A stretch of 60,402 bases of DNA, counting the filler, from Basidiobolus ranarum (lineage: Eukaryota), in assembly GCA_040143965.1 (NCBI GenBank). It is 6 parts of 6 records of this genome, joined end to end, with 100 filler letters (N's around TTAATTAATTAA, not from the genome) between each part and the next. Parts side by side here need not be neighbours in the genome. Positions count along the whole stretch, not along the records: positions 20,200 to 30,179 come from JASJQH010007632.1; positions 30,280 to 40,257 come from JASJQH010007633.1; 4 more parts are not named here. One strand, given 5' to 3'. The translations under genes were made by a program, and so were the position numbers. The notes below the pieces were generated by a model. The model was given only the letters and a program-made list of their open reading frames with translations, was not told the origin of the DNA and made no database searches. This document shows, piece by piece, positions 26,093 to 38,749 of the stretch. The number at the start of each line of letters is the position of its first letter. Within the stretch, counting starts at the first letter, position 1.

Positions 26093-28181
26093 GAGTTCAT
26101 CTATTTAGTGGGATTTTTATTGATATGAAATTCTCATCAACAGGACATTCCACCCTTTGTATTCTCAGCTAAACCCAGGCATTAACCTAACCCTCGAGTG
26201 AATGGGGTTTTTACATATTTTCGTACACCCATTCCAAAGTAAACCCCCGATCTTGTATCACTGTTTCTTGGTGCATGCAAAACATCAGCAACTTGAACGT
26301 AATCTCAGGAATACTTACATAACACACTAGGCCACATATCCTCATTCGACTGCTCAGGGGCCCCCACTTGCTATGTAGGCTTCTCATCTCGGTTTTTACT
26401 TAGATCCGCCATACTCTTGAGCCCCAATACAAAACTCTAAAAAATGAATTTATCGTGTAACATACATACTCCATCACTCCCGTTATCTGGATTAATTTAA
26501 ATACTATCATCAAATTAAAATTAAGATGAAACGTTGGTGCCTCTATTTCACATTTGGATTCACTTGGGGAACTCACCAGTTCACCTGCTTAGAAGTTGGC
26601 TAATTACGAGCAAGAATCTTGGCCATAATGGCATAGATATTAGGCATTCATCCATGCGCATGTCAATGATATTCACTACACACACATTGCTTTCCCTCTA
26701 CGAGATTGAATTGATCAAACTTGGCATAAGTTGAAACGAAATATACCATAATGATTAAGATGTTATTCAAATTAAATCTCGCAGGATATCCCAAAAGATG
26801 TTTGTAAGTTAAATAAACTTGATATTCACAAGAGATATTTGAGTAAATTTCGAAGCAAAATATAAATGAATAACTTCCCCCGATCAAATAAGATCAAGTT
26901 ATTCGGACACTTCTAGCCCCTGCTTAGTAGCTAGTACCAAGGGTTCCAGTTTTCCGACCTCGGTTTTCATCATTTCGGGGAAAGTTAGGGCATATTGTAT
27001 GAACAATTGCTAACTTCATCCCAAAGAACTTGTACACTTGGAAAATTGGTCGGCCCAATCGAAGGTATGAATAGATATGTACGAAATTCATCGGAATGTG
27101 CAATGTCATTCCTCATCAAATCACTTTTTAATCCTCAAAGTAGAAGGATATCATCAGTTCATACCATTTAGACTTGTAAAATAGTCCAAAATGCTACAAG
27201 TACAGATAGGCCTTTTGTTACATCGTACATAAATCTCGCTTCGAAGGGGGAACAATTCACCGTATATACAGATCAATTGGAAGGTAAGGAAGATATGGGT
27301 GGAAAATTTCAATTTATCTCAACAATTCGAGTACCCTTGAATATCCCCACTTTGAGCCCCTGTAGCTTCCGTCGCTGGTAATAGTTGTAGTTGTAAACAA
27401 ATGACGACTGGTTGTGTGCCTTTCATTGTATATCGGAGTTACGTAATTTTGTAGATCAGTGATCAGCCGTTGTAATACTTGGCCGTGGCAAATTTCTCTT
27501 GTTTCATGGTTGTCTCTACATGATATACACACGTGTCAAGGATTATATCAATGTAGTGTGTTAGATTATACTGACATAAACTGCGTGCAAGCTTTATTAG
27601 AAATAAGAAAAATGCTTACATGGATGCTTTTCAAAGAGGTTTGAGTATTTTTGAACTGGTTGATGCTTTTCCTATATACGCTCTAGTTCATTTAGAGGCA
27701 GTATTCAATAATCCACTGTCAATCATAATATGCATCACATAAGAGTGATAAAGTTTTTATACATACTGGTTTTAAGCCTACAAGCACCAGCTACTTTCTG
27801 GACATCATCACATCAAAGTTACTCTCAGTTGATGAGATCATTGAAAAATCCAAAATTAAAATAGGAATTCTCTATATATATAAATTATTCAAGAATTTAC
27901 CTAGATGAATCTAAAATTTTAAATTGGTCCTACTGAGCCTTCGGATGTCATGTCGTCCTATTGATATTTCAATTACAGCTTTCTTGTGTGCATTCTCTAT
28001 TACTCTTGAAAGTCAAAATGCATCATTTCTGGTATGACTAAAAAATGGTTGATCATACCCTCACAATCCACTACAAATCATGACCATCATAGCGCTGGTT
28101 GTCTTAACCTTGGTACTGTATAACTCTCACATATCCTTTATATCATGATCTTCTATAAAGCTAGAACAAAATAGGAACAGT

Positions 28182-28240
28182 TGTTGAAGTATTTTAGCAG
28201 TTTGTTGGAAACGGCTTGGAGAACTAGAAGAACTGTTGGT
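28182..28240 (-). mobile_element. Terminal fragment of a family-A-related LTR
   Basis: TGTTGAAGTATTTT...GGAGAACTAGAAGAA closely matches the end of the 16823 LTR; cut off by the adjacent full LTR. Confidence 0.7.
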
Positions 28241-28255
28241 GGAGCTTGACATAAC

Positions 28256-28995
28256 TGTTAAAGTATTTGGGAGCCTGTTGGAAGTGGTTAGGAGATTTGT
28301 GAAATTGGTGGTTTTCACTTATTGATTTATTGAGTAGAAAGTTGACATTTATAGTTTTGTCAAGATTTAACAAAACTAACATGTAGAATGTGTTTAGGAA
28401 GGTCCCAGAAACCTGTGCGCGAAGTTTGTGGCTTCTAACCCAAGTTTGAAAAATATATACATCTGAAAATTCCCAAGTTGGTAAAAATATTCCAAGTAAA
28501 TTCCAATTGAGAATAATGGGTAATATCTTAGTAAAATATAAGATAACCAAGTACTAAGCTATATATCACTATATAGATATTTAGCCAATGCTAACTTCAA
28601 CACTTTCCCTCAACTAAATAGTCATATAAACTATTCCTAAGGAAGGTCTAAATTTCTCAAATTTCTATCTAGCTAATGGTTAATATATCAGCAATCATGT
28701 CTTTGGTAGAAAAAAAAGTTAATTCAATAAACCTATTTGCTATAGTTTCTCTAATGAAATGATGTTTAATATCTATGTGTTTGCCTCAATTGTGAAACAT
28801 CGGTTTTCTAGCCAATTAGATACAACTTTGATTATCTTGAAATATTACAGTTGATAAATTTTAAGAATAGCCTAAATTTGTTAAGAGTCTTATTAACCAT
28901 ATCACTTCTTTTGTTACTTTACAGGTGGCCATATATTCTGCTTCTGTTGTTGAAAGTGCTATGGTAGGTTGTTTCTTTGAATTTCAAGAAATAAC
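28256..28995 (-). mobile_element. 3' end of a Ty1/Copia retrotransposon (family A): degenerate RNase H, polypurine tract, 3' LTR (28256-28602)
   Basis: Minus-strand translation IS*NSKKQPTIALSTTEAEYMA...DNQSCI*LA...KHIDIKHHFIRE...DMIADILT; PPT TTGAGGGAAAG (28613-28603) immediately before TGTTG; LTR TG...CA. Confidence 0.92.
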
Positions 28996-30179
28996 TGTTG
29001 AATAATTAATCTTTATTCAACATCTTAGTTAACTTTAGTTATGATGTATATATCAGAAACAGAAAGCAACATATCTATAGCCCCTATATTTTAAATAGGA
29101 ATATCTCTATATCTATACAACAAGTATGCCTTATTAACCCCATTTATTTATTATAGCTTATTACACAAACTCCTGAATATCTCAAACAATTGATTTACTT
29201 GTCTACTATATAAGTCACCATATACTCTTAAGAATAAAGCAACCAAAAACACACTATCATAAGTTGCTTCTAATACCCAAAGTCTACCCCATTATGTCAA
29301 GATCCTCCAATATGGTAGCAGCAAGTGAATTAGAGTCTTCATCCCAAAAAGAGATTAGTAATATTCCAACATTCAATGAGGGGGATTTCCATGAATGGAA
29401 ATTCAAGATGCAACTTGTACTTGAAGGGAAACATGTCTAGCAAGTAGTTTAAACAGATGAAGAAGAAGAAACTTCTGAAGAAGAAAGTACATATTCTGAT
29501 GCTGAAACAAAGAAGCCAACATGTAAAGAAGCCAAGGCAACCTTTGAAGAAAAAGACAGATTGGCATTTAGGGAAATATGTCTAAGACTGGGATTGCAAC
29601 AACTTATGCTAGTCAGAGATGCTGACTCTGCCAAGAATGCATGGGAAATCCTAGTGGAACATCATGAGCAAAAAGGGCTTGCTCACTTGATGATGCTACA
29701 AAGAAAATTCTTAAACTCTTGTATGTCTGAGGATTCAGATATTATGACATATGTAAATGGTGTCAAGAAACTTGCCCAACAACTGGAATCAGTGAATTAT
29801 GAAGTACCTGAAATGGATATAATTCTTACCATAATCAATGGTCTCCCTGAATCATATTCAGCCCTTGTACTCACTTTGGAAGCAATTGGGGATAAGCTTA
29901 CTCAGCATTATCTGATCTCTTGTCTATGTCAAGAAGAATTTAAAAGGAAAGACAAAAGTCAGCTTGCAGATGAAACAAAAACTACACAAGCATTTTATTC
30001 TCAAAATAGCCAACCAGAAAGGAGCACTGTGAAATGTTACAAATGTGGAAAACTGGGACATATAGCATGTTACTGCAGATCAAAGAAGAAATGGGTTTCA
30101 AAGAAAAAGGAAGCATATAACACCACTAAAAGAGGAAATGAACACTATGTACTTATGGCAACCTCTAAATCAGGAAATG
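28996..30179 (+). mobile_element. 5' part of a second Copia element (family B): LTR start plus disrupted gag (29294->30179)
   Basis: Starts with TGTTG, interrupting the RNase H above. Gag motifs FHEWKFKMQLVL, SAKNAWEIL, INGLPESY and zinc knuckle CYKCGKLGHIACYC; in-frame stops at 29438 and 29450; truncated by contig end. Confidence 0.88.
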
Positions 30180-30279
30180 NNNNNNNNNNNNNNNNNNNNN
30201 NNNNNNNNNNNNNNNNNNNNNNNTTAATTAATTAANNNNNNNNNNNNNNNNNNNNNNNNNNNNNNNNNNNNNNNNNNNN
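30180..30279. other. Artificial contig linker
   Basis: N44-TTAATTAATTAA-N44. Confidence 0.97.
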
Positions 30280-30498
30280 GTTAACATTTCATTCCTAATA
30301 TAATATTGTAAGATATACATGCGTCACATGCCAACATCCATTGCTTATGTTTGAGTTTAGATAATGAAACTATTAATAATTTCTTCAAAAATTAATGTTC
30401 CATAATTAAATCTTTGTAGTACTGTCCAAGAAGCAGAATATGTATATCTTTAGACAGTTGAAACAGTTAAAGGAAAACACCAATACAAAGAATTTCAA

Positions 30499-30808
30499 AT
30501 GGACTTCATCAACCGCTCCAATGATATACTGACCAAGCAAAATTTGTTCCAAGCTACCTGGCCAATGCTTCTTTCTTATTTTAGACCTGCAACTAACTTT
30601 TCTGTTTTCTAGTCCCAGGTTGCTAAGCCTGTTTGGTTGAAGGGTCCAAGAGACAAGGTTTTTGTTACTTCCTTCTTTGTATTTCTAGGAGCCGGCCTTG
30701 TTGGTTCATTGTATGGTACTTTTCAGTTAATTCGCGCATGTTCATACTACTCTGTTTTTTCTCTTCTCATGTACTAATATGCTCTCTCTATAGGGAGAGA
30801 AATATTAA
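30499..30808 (+). CDS. COX7: Cytochrome c oxidase subunit VII-like small protein (exons 30499-30552, 30613-30735, 30794-30808), with non-canonical donors
   Basis: MDFINRSNDILTKQNLFQ|SQVAKPVWLKGPRDKVFVTSFFVFLGAGLVGSLYGTFQLIR|GEKY*; resembles fungal Cox7 (QxxFQ...KPxW...PR, single TM helix). Branch sites ACTAAC/ACTAAT are present. Confidence 0.72.
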
Positions 30809-31137
30809 TCTCACTATGTTGTGATAGACTTCTTACATACAATACATAGAGATTAGCACTTGATTCCACTAACTGTTAGCCTTGAGAACATATTTCTATA
30901 CTGTATTTTCTTTGGCACGAGTATGCTATATACATTAACTGCATTGAATCCGATAATTTACTATATTGGTTTGGTTCTTTAAAAAACAATAAATTTTAGA
31001 TTTGATTGATCCAACTAAATGTGCAACTTTGATTAATATTAGTTTTGTAACCTCGTCATCTACTTAATATATTAGGGGCAAGTCACTATCTCAATATTGT
31101 TTGCTCTAGTCGAGGGTTTCTACCATAACACATATAT

Positions 31138-32328
31138 ATGTCAGAAGTAAGTTTTAAATCTTCGGGTTCTCAAGAACTTGAGGCCTACCTATTGCTCGCA
31201 AAATCTGCTAAAGGAGCAGCATGTGTTCAGCTAATTAAAGAAGTCCTTGCCGCACCCAATGTTTATGTTTTTTCAGAAGTACTCAAGATGCCCAATGTGT
31301 CTGCAGTAAGTATCTCTAGAAAGGAGAGAAGAATTAATCCTTCAATTTCAATATTTACACTAACTTTGCTATCATGTATCGTTTAGCTCTCAGAACAACC
31401 TGAAACAGCACAATATTTCTCGCTATTAAAACTTTTTTCGTACGGTACCTACAAAGATTACAAAGGTACTTTTCATTCTAGCAGAAATCTACCACAATCC
31501 ATTGTCACTTTCATTCTTTAATACTTCTTTACAAATAGAGCATGCATCCAATTTACCCGAGCTTACAGAACCTCAACTAAAGAAATTAAAGCTACTATCA
31601 CTCGTATCTCTAGCTGGTGAGAAACATGTAGGAAGCCACATTACTTCTTGCTAAATATCTCCACAAACTTTGATTTATGGAAAGCTCCCACCTTTTTGAT
31701 AATGTTCCTAACTTGAAATTTTATATAGGTTTTGGATTATAACGACTTGATACATTATCTTGACATTGGCAACGTTCGCGAACTTGAAGATCTGATAATC
31801 GATGCCATTTATAAAGGACTGATAAAGGCGAAATTAGACCAGCAGAAGAAACAGGTAGAGATTGAATACACGATGGGAAGAGATTTGCGCCCTGGACAAT
31901 TGGATCAAATGCTAGAGATTCTGACTTCTTGGTAAGTCGTTACCTTCTGTAATGTATCTCCCCTCTAAAGAGCGATCTTTAACTCAATCTTTATACATTA
32001 AGGTCATCCTCATCGTCGGACATACTTCGCTCCATTGATGATAAGATAGCTCAAATCAGAGATGCTTCCAAAGCCTCCATCCGAGCACAAGAAGAGCATG
32101 AAAATAAGGTAGAGCGTATTACGTCTGATATCAAGAATAGCAGTAGAAGCAATAAGGCCAGCGAAGCGCCGGACAATCGAATGGCCGTTGATCAATTCAA
32201 GAGTGCTGAGTATTCCGAGGAGATTTCTAGAAATCGTCTGAGCAAAAGGTTAATTCTTTAACATTGTCATGAAAATTAGTGATCCAATCTAACGATGACT
32301 TAGACGGTTTTTTGCAGGGCGAAGATAA
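31138..32328 (+). CDS. CSN7: COP9 signalosome subunit 7 (PCI domain), multi-exon
   Basis: [15 protein letters not shown]...[47 protein letters not shown]. Confidence 0.92.
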
Positions 32329-33620
32329 TGCACTCTTCAATTGAAAACATATCGTAGTTCTCGATGATCTTCATGGCTTCTATAGCCGAATCAGTAGTTT
32401 GGTGATGAATAAACCTTGATTTCTTGTTTAGCAAGATTTGATTATGATCTTGAATGCTCCCTATCTCACCGTTAATGTTGTGTGAGAGCGAAGCTCATAT
32501 AGCTTTACTAGGAACTATTACATGCAGGTTACGATATATTCGTACGGTCTCGTTCTGAACGTGGATCATTATTACTTGGTATTTAACGGCCATAAACGGG
32601 GAGAATACCATGTATCTAGAGTTCTATTCATATAGGAACTCAGTACGAATGCTACAGTATATCCTGATCACCGGATATCCCATAGTTCTGTCATTTTCAC
32701 AAGGTAGCTAGTGAGGACAGTAGGCAGAATGTGATAGTGATTTGCTTATCAGTTTTTGTCAGTAGTGGCGGGTAAGATAGTAAAAGAACATGTTGCCAAT
32801 GCTCATGAGTCTACGAGGTAAGTAACGACACTAAAAGTCATACCTGCAATCTGTACATACGTCTGTACACATTCAATCAAGTAAATGTATACTTTTTAAA
32901 AGTATACAAAATGCTAAATGAATCAGGACCCAATTCTGCCTAAACTTCGAACAATCTTTCTATTTCGGAAAATGGTGTTTAGGGTCTTTCTATTCAAAGT
33001 GAATGGTGAGCACTCTTGCATTGACTTTCTATGAATGTTTATGTAACATGTTTATTGACTAAATAACAATACTTTTGTATACATGACAAGTTTCCTGATC
33101 AAATATGCGCCTCCACGATCCAAAATTTTAGTGTAAGACGAAAAGTCTCCAAGTCAGTATTAACTCGAGTTCGTTTGATACCTATTTCAGAATTCTGTTA
33201 GCAATAACGTTTATGAGAGAGCGATACGAATAGAGATTGTAAGATAATTGCACATTACATGTGCACGTAGCTCAACAGATGAATCAATTTGTGCAATGTA
33301 GAAATGCAATTGAAGTCCAACTAAGTTCAGTTAAAGTATTGTACCTCATTAATGACTTATGCCCAATCGACATTACATATACTAATATAGGTACAAAGGT
33401 GACACTCAACAATGAGTATCAACCCAAACAATGAATATCAAATTTATCGGGAAATATGGGCTATTTTAGACCCCCCCCCCATCTTGGTGGGCGGCCACAA
33501 GTGAGAAAGATCCATATTGGAATTTTAGAAGCTGTTGGATTTTTTCCCTCTATACGTTGTTCGTATTATTTCTTTTCACTATTGTTTTACTTTCTAAGCT
33601 CTGGATAAGCTACAGCAAAA

Positions 33621-35437
33621 ATGGGGGCCGTCTTTTCCCTATTTAAATCTGTAAGCAGTCATCAATATTAAAGCTTCTATCAATGTAAGTTAGCTAACCC
33701 ATTATCTTTTAAGCGAACCGAGGATGATTATGAAAAGATATTAGCCGATTTGGACGATAAAATCCAAAAAGCTGAAATTCGTCTTTCAGATGTTAAAATT
33801 CGAGAGCGAAAGTTCGTTCTCATCTTCCTCATATATTCTCTCTTTGCGTATGGTCTCTATTTGGTCACCTACTTTGTTTATCTACGGAGTCCCTATGATG
33901 AATTCTATACCTGGTTTTGGAAGCTGATACCAGCTTTTCTGAGTCCACTATTGTATGTTGCTCAATATTACCAATGGTTTCTTTCTCGGTAGCTATGATA
34001 TTGACTTATTTTCTTAGTATATACTGTGTTTCCCGCGGAGTTTCATTCTGGTATAATAGAAAGCGTGTGAACGAAGGTAAGTTTCTCTTGGTCCAAGATG
34101 TATAAAACATCGCACTAATTCAATTTCTAGAAACCCATTTGGAAAACTTGAAGACTAAACAAAGACAAAAGGTATGAAAGTAATATTGAACTGAGAGCAA
34201 GTTAGTTTAATTTCTAATATATGTAATTATTTAGGTCGAAGAACTAAAGAAAAAAACCGCATACTACTCCACCAAAAACCTACTCGATCGTTATGATACG
34301 CCCAATAAGTTGAAGCTAGGCAAACCTGTTGTTATCAATTTCTGAATATTGCTATACTTTGTTCTTGTACTTATTAAGAATTTTAAAGCTTGAAGGCCTC
34401 AAAACTCCGATGCAAAACAACAACCTTGCTCGAGTTCAAGGAAAATTAGTCGCCCCCAACTCAGGTTTGTGACATCAATATCTGTTTATTTCCAACACTT
34501 AATTAAAACCGTAATTTTATCAGCTCCCGTTAATTCCCGAAACATCCCAGCTAAACCACAGGGCGTTAGAATCACTAATACTCCGAATCCCGCTCTTGGT
34601 CCACAAAACCCTCAACCTGAGCTTTCACAACTTCCTAAGATGGCTGTGGTTAACTCGCAACATGGTCCTGCTAATGGAATTACTCGTTAGTATTATTTTT
34701 GGACTCATTACACAGTCACTTTGTTTATTCTTTATAATCTATTATGTAGCTCCCCAAATACCATCTAATCAGAGCAATAACCAAAGTCGCAATTGGTACG
34801 ATAAAATCGTTGATGTTATCGTTGGCGAAGAGGAGCCAAACACCAAATTTGCCTTGATCTGTAAGAACTGTTTTGCACACAATGGATTGGCCTTACCAAA
34901 TGAAATTGATGATATCCGTACGTTAGCATACCCTATTGAACTTAAACATGTTTACTTGAAACGGTATTAACTAGTGATTTCACAGAGTATTATTGTCCCA
35001 AGTGTAATACCTTCAACCCTAGTCGTCGCCCTCAGCCTCAACCTAGTCAGACTCCTAAGAACAAAACTACGAAGCCCAAATTGCAACAAAATCGAATTAG
35101 CAACAAACAGGAGTCTGCTGGTACAATGACTCCTACGCCTGACGAAAAGCTTACGAAAGAGAATGAGAAGTCTCTTATTCCTGAAAACGATATAGTCTCA
35201 TCTAGTGAAGAAAATGTAGACGAGGCTCATGGATCCGAGGTTGAAGAGATTGAGAACTTGGAAGAGGAACTTCAATTAGCCCAGGTTGATGGATCGAGCA
35301 GTGATGATAAGCACAGTACAGCTAGTTCAGATGAAGCTGAAACTCCGGTAGAGTCAGTGCGTGAAATCATACTAAAGAGTAACCTTAAGGAGACTCCCCT
35401 AAGACAGAGAAACCAACAATCTAGAGGAAAGAACTAA
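33621..35437 (+). CDS. LNP1: ER junction-formation protein lunapark, multi-exon
   Basis: N-terminal MG myristoylation-type start, two TM helices, VEELKKKTAYYSTKNLLDRYD, WYDKIVDVIVG, zinc ribbon ALICKNCFAHNGLA...YYCPKCNTFN. Confidence 0.92.
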
Positions 35438-35947
35438 GCATTTCATCGATACTATGCCCCTCCTCGAGTTTTCTTCCTTACGTTAAACCCTAATCCCCTC
35501 TTGTAGTTGCGCGTGTGTTTAAATCTTTATGAATCTCAAACTCACATACAATTGAGCTACCTCGCCTGTTATAAACTTATTTTTGTTAGAATTCCATCCC
35601 TTCGTTATTATTTGCATCATTGAATCTATTCTGTCTCTGCCCTATTGATGCTATACTACATGTTACAATAAACCATTCTGCAACACTTGTTTCTATCAAG
35701 CATGTTTGGTTTACTGGATACAGGTTACTCATTCCAATATATCATAGTCATGAAAGTAACACAATAGTCGGGAATATCTAGAAATGAAACCGCATTATTC
35801 ACCATATAGGGAAAGAGTGAATTTCGATACTAGCTAGTCCAACCCTACAACGAGTAAATAATTGACAATCAACATTTTACATTCCATCATTTCTAGTTAT
35901 TTCATCCTTCTTTCAAAACTTTACCAAAGTCAAATTGTACTTCAAAG

Positions 35948-36270
35948 ATGGGTGGCTACTACGTGATTCCCGGTAAGAAGATTGCTTACGAATACGTAAG
36001 CTTTTCTATGTCCATTTTCTAGCGCTTATCTGATAAATTGAATACTTGTTCATTCAGATCTATATGTACTCGTATCTTTTTAATAGCTTGCTCTTGGTAT
36101 TTTGGGTAGTTTAGGTGTATTAGTTTAGGGAGCTAAAAAGAAAATAGCCGGTCGTCCTAAGGATTTGACCACTGAACCACCATTTAACGCTGCTTCCCCA
36201 GAGGAAGAAGCTTTCACCAAATAATACCTCGACAAGCACAAGAATGACGACACTACTTCAAATGAACATG
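35948..36270 (+). pseudogene. ATP19: ATP synthase subunit k (Atp19) pseudogene with two in-frame stops
   Basis: MGGYYVIPGKKIAYEY|LALGILGSLGVLV*GAKKK...PPFNAASPEEEAFTK*YLDKH; intact intron 35996-36086; TAG at 36126 and TAA at 36222. Confidence 0.8.
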
Positions 36271-37501
36271 ATAAGTTTATCCTTTTTCTAAGTGTTTACG
36301 CTTTCTGTAAATAACCATACAACGCGTTCAATCTACCTTCTTGCGGCGAATCTCACTACAGCATAGAATTTAGCTACTTTCAAACATTAATATCTCTATT
36401 ATTTAGCATATACAGTAAATATTCCAAATTACAGAAATATCAGAAAACATTTTGAGAAATACTCATATCGAACAAGATATAAATCGATTTTCAATCAATC
36501 TTCCTATTTGGCAAAGAAACAACATACATTTCTTTCCCAGTTAACAACGTTGAAATTTGGATTCTTCAGCCCTTCTAGAGAAGACGGAACTTATCAAACA
36601 AGTCAATAGAAAAATGGCTTTTTGAGGATAAGAATATTCGTAGAGGTGCGGCAAAGGTTTCAAGCGTTCATCTTGACGGATTGTGGGCTATTGTTAGTGG
36701 TGAAAGTGGCTTCTGGAATGGATTAGGCTACTAATGCTATGCATTGCATAGTTCTCTATGTACTCTGTATACAAGGTTTGGAGTATGCAAGTAACTTTTG
36801 GGCTGAGTTCTAGAAGTTGGAGCTGGCCAATATCTATTTTTAGATGGTAATCGAATTTGGGTGTGCAGATCTCATATGTTTATGATTCATAGGACCTAAT
36901 TTAATTAGTGATAGTATTTCGATACCATAACACAGTGTAATTTTTTCGGTGGCGTAAACAGACGTATCTCTTCCATTACCCATTTCTGATCGACTCTGTT
37001 GAGTTTAATATATGCAGAATAACGCATTGTAAATCGATGCCGTTGGTTTCAATCAAAGGTAAAGACCATTTCCTAACTTCAAAATCATAACAAATGGGAT
37101 TTACATAAAAAGGTCAATTTACTGGAGTATATAACATTCCCTATCTGCCTCCACTCAAGCTTTGACTCGTTTCAAATGTATTGTATGCAGTTTCTCTTCG
37201 AACAAAATAAATCACTATTTTACAGAATTATGTGTTTCGTTTCATTCCTAACTTCAATAGGCAAGATCGAGCTAAACTTTGTTGTGGTTTCTGCAAGTTT
37301 AATGAGGTTGTTTGTCAAGCATACTTTCGTCCGAATTGAATGGAATAAAAGAGAGATCACTTCTCGTTAGAATACTAAGATTTCTTCATCACACCGCAAA
37401 CTCATCAATACCACATATATCTTCATCGCACATTATTATTCTATTATATTCCCATTCTTGTGGTGCAACCTCGTGTGTCATAGGGATCTCCTTTTACTCA
37501 G

Positions 37502-37870
37502 ATGTCTTTCTTCTCAGTGTTTGGCGAGTGTTATCCAGTTGAGCAGATGGAGGGGCTTGGTATGGAAAGTGAAGAGAGACGACCACGTATGCGAAAACTA
37601 CGTAAGCTCAGTTTACCTGATCTAGAAACGACAAGAGATCAATGGAATGTAAAGGCCAGAGCGACTCGTAGGAAATTAAGTGAATTGCTTCCACACCGAC
37701 CTATCCCAGAAGGCAAGGAGGAGGGGTTTGTTGTCGATTATTCAGATAACCTTGAGAATATGAGAGTCAAACTGCGAGAGACTCCATTTGACAATTTACT
37801 CGAGCCTAGTAAACACAAGGAAGAGATAGCCACTGTGAAATTCACCTTAACCCCTTCTTTGGCTCGTTGA
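37502..37870 (+). CDS. Small hypothetical protein (122 aa), paralog of 38750-39109
   Basis: Intronless ORF sharing DYSxxLExxRxKLRxxxFD and T[VI][KR]FTLTP with the convergent ORF. Confidence 0.75.
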   Translation: MSFFSVFGECYPVEQMEGLGMESEERRPRMRKLRKLSLPDLETTRDQWNVKARATRRKLSELLPHRPIPEGKEEGFVVDYSDNLENMRVKLRETPFDNLLEPSKHKEEIATVKFTLTPSLAR

Positions 37871-38749
37871 TAAAGTATCTCTCTAAAAACCATATCGAGA
37901 TCTACCATAATTGGGATGGATTGTTTTTCTAACTTGGGTAGTGGTTACTCCTAGAGTTTCTGAGCTCCAATTTTATCCTTCCAATCTTTCTGTAACTGGA
38001 AAAGCATTCTAATTTCAATATTTTGTATTGGCCATCTTTTTTCGTGTGAATACTGACCTCTTTTGATAACATATGTACAATCTTGAAAATAACACCCAAC
38101 CTTCTATCACAGTTATCTCGTTTCATTTTAAATATTCCACTCTCCTTAAAAAACTTACATCCCCATATAACCGCAAACATAATTCTATACTCATTTCTAT
38201 TTCAAGGCTATTCGTTGAATAGTTAATCTGTATTAGCCATAACTTTCCATTTACAAGGAAACTTCTCAAAAAAAGAGTAAAATTCGAAAGTCTAAATAAA
38301 AATTGAATATGTACTTTTGGTATTGCATTGCTTGTTGCTCAAAGATAGTATACGGGAGTGATGCTTGGTGCGCGTCAGTTAATTCAAGATTAATCCTGCA
38401 AATTTATTTTGTGAATAACGATCTTACTGCCTTGCCTCTACGGATTATCCATGATAGCAGTTGAATGGCACAGCCAGATGAAGAGAGAATCTGACTTAAA
38501 TGTGTATCTGGAATAGAGGCTTGCGCGAGACGGTGTACGGATTCGTGTGGTTGACTGGAGTCCAGGAATTGTATGATGTAAATATATAAGAGAATGGCCA
38601 GCATCGGACATAGAGTCACAGAGACAATTAAAGCAAAACAAAAGAGGGCCCTGATATTCGCTATGGACTACTCAACGATAGCCAGCAAGTCAACAGAAAT
38701 CACCAATATGTACATTCTCTGTTGATTTGAGTCTCCGCAGCTGAGACAT

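Noticed and set aside
28127-28550. ORFs with the repeated peptide SPNHFQQAPKYFN (also 50937-51122)
   Set aside because: Spurious translations of the family-A LTR.
28251-28995. ATAAC before both 28256 and 28996 as a TSD
   Set aside because: The second ATAAC is native RNase H coding sequence (VISW), and the geometry does not bracket a single element.
36126-36224. Stop-codon reassignment as an explanation for the ATP19 stops
   Set aside because: TAA and TAG terminate conserved genes normally in this window (eIF4G, RPL37, Ric8, MINDY).
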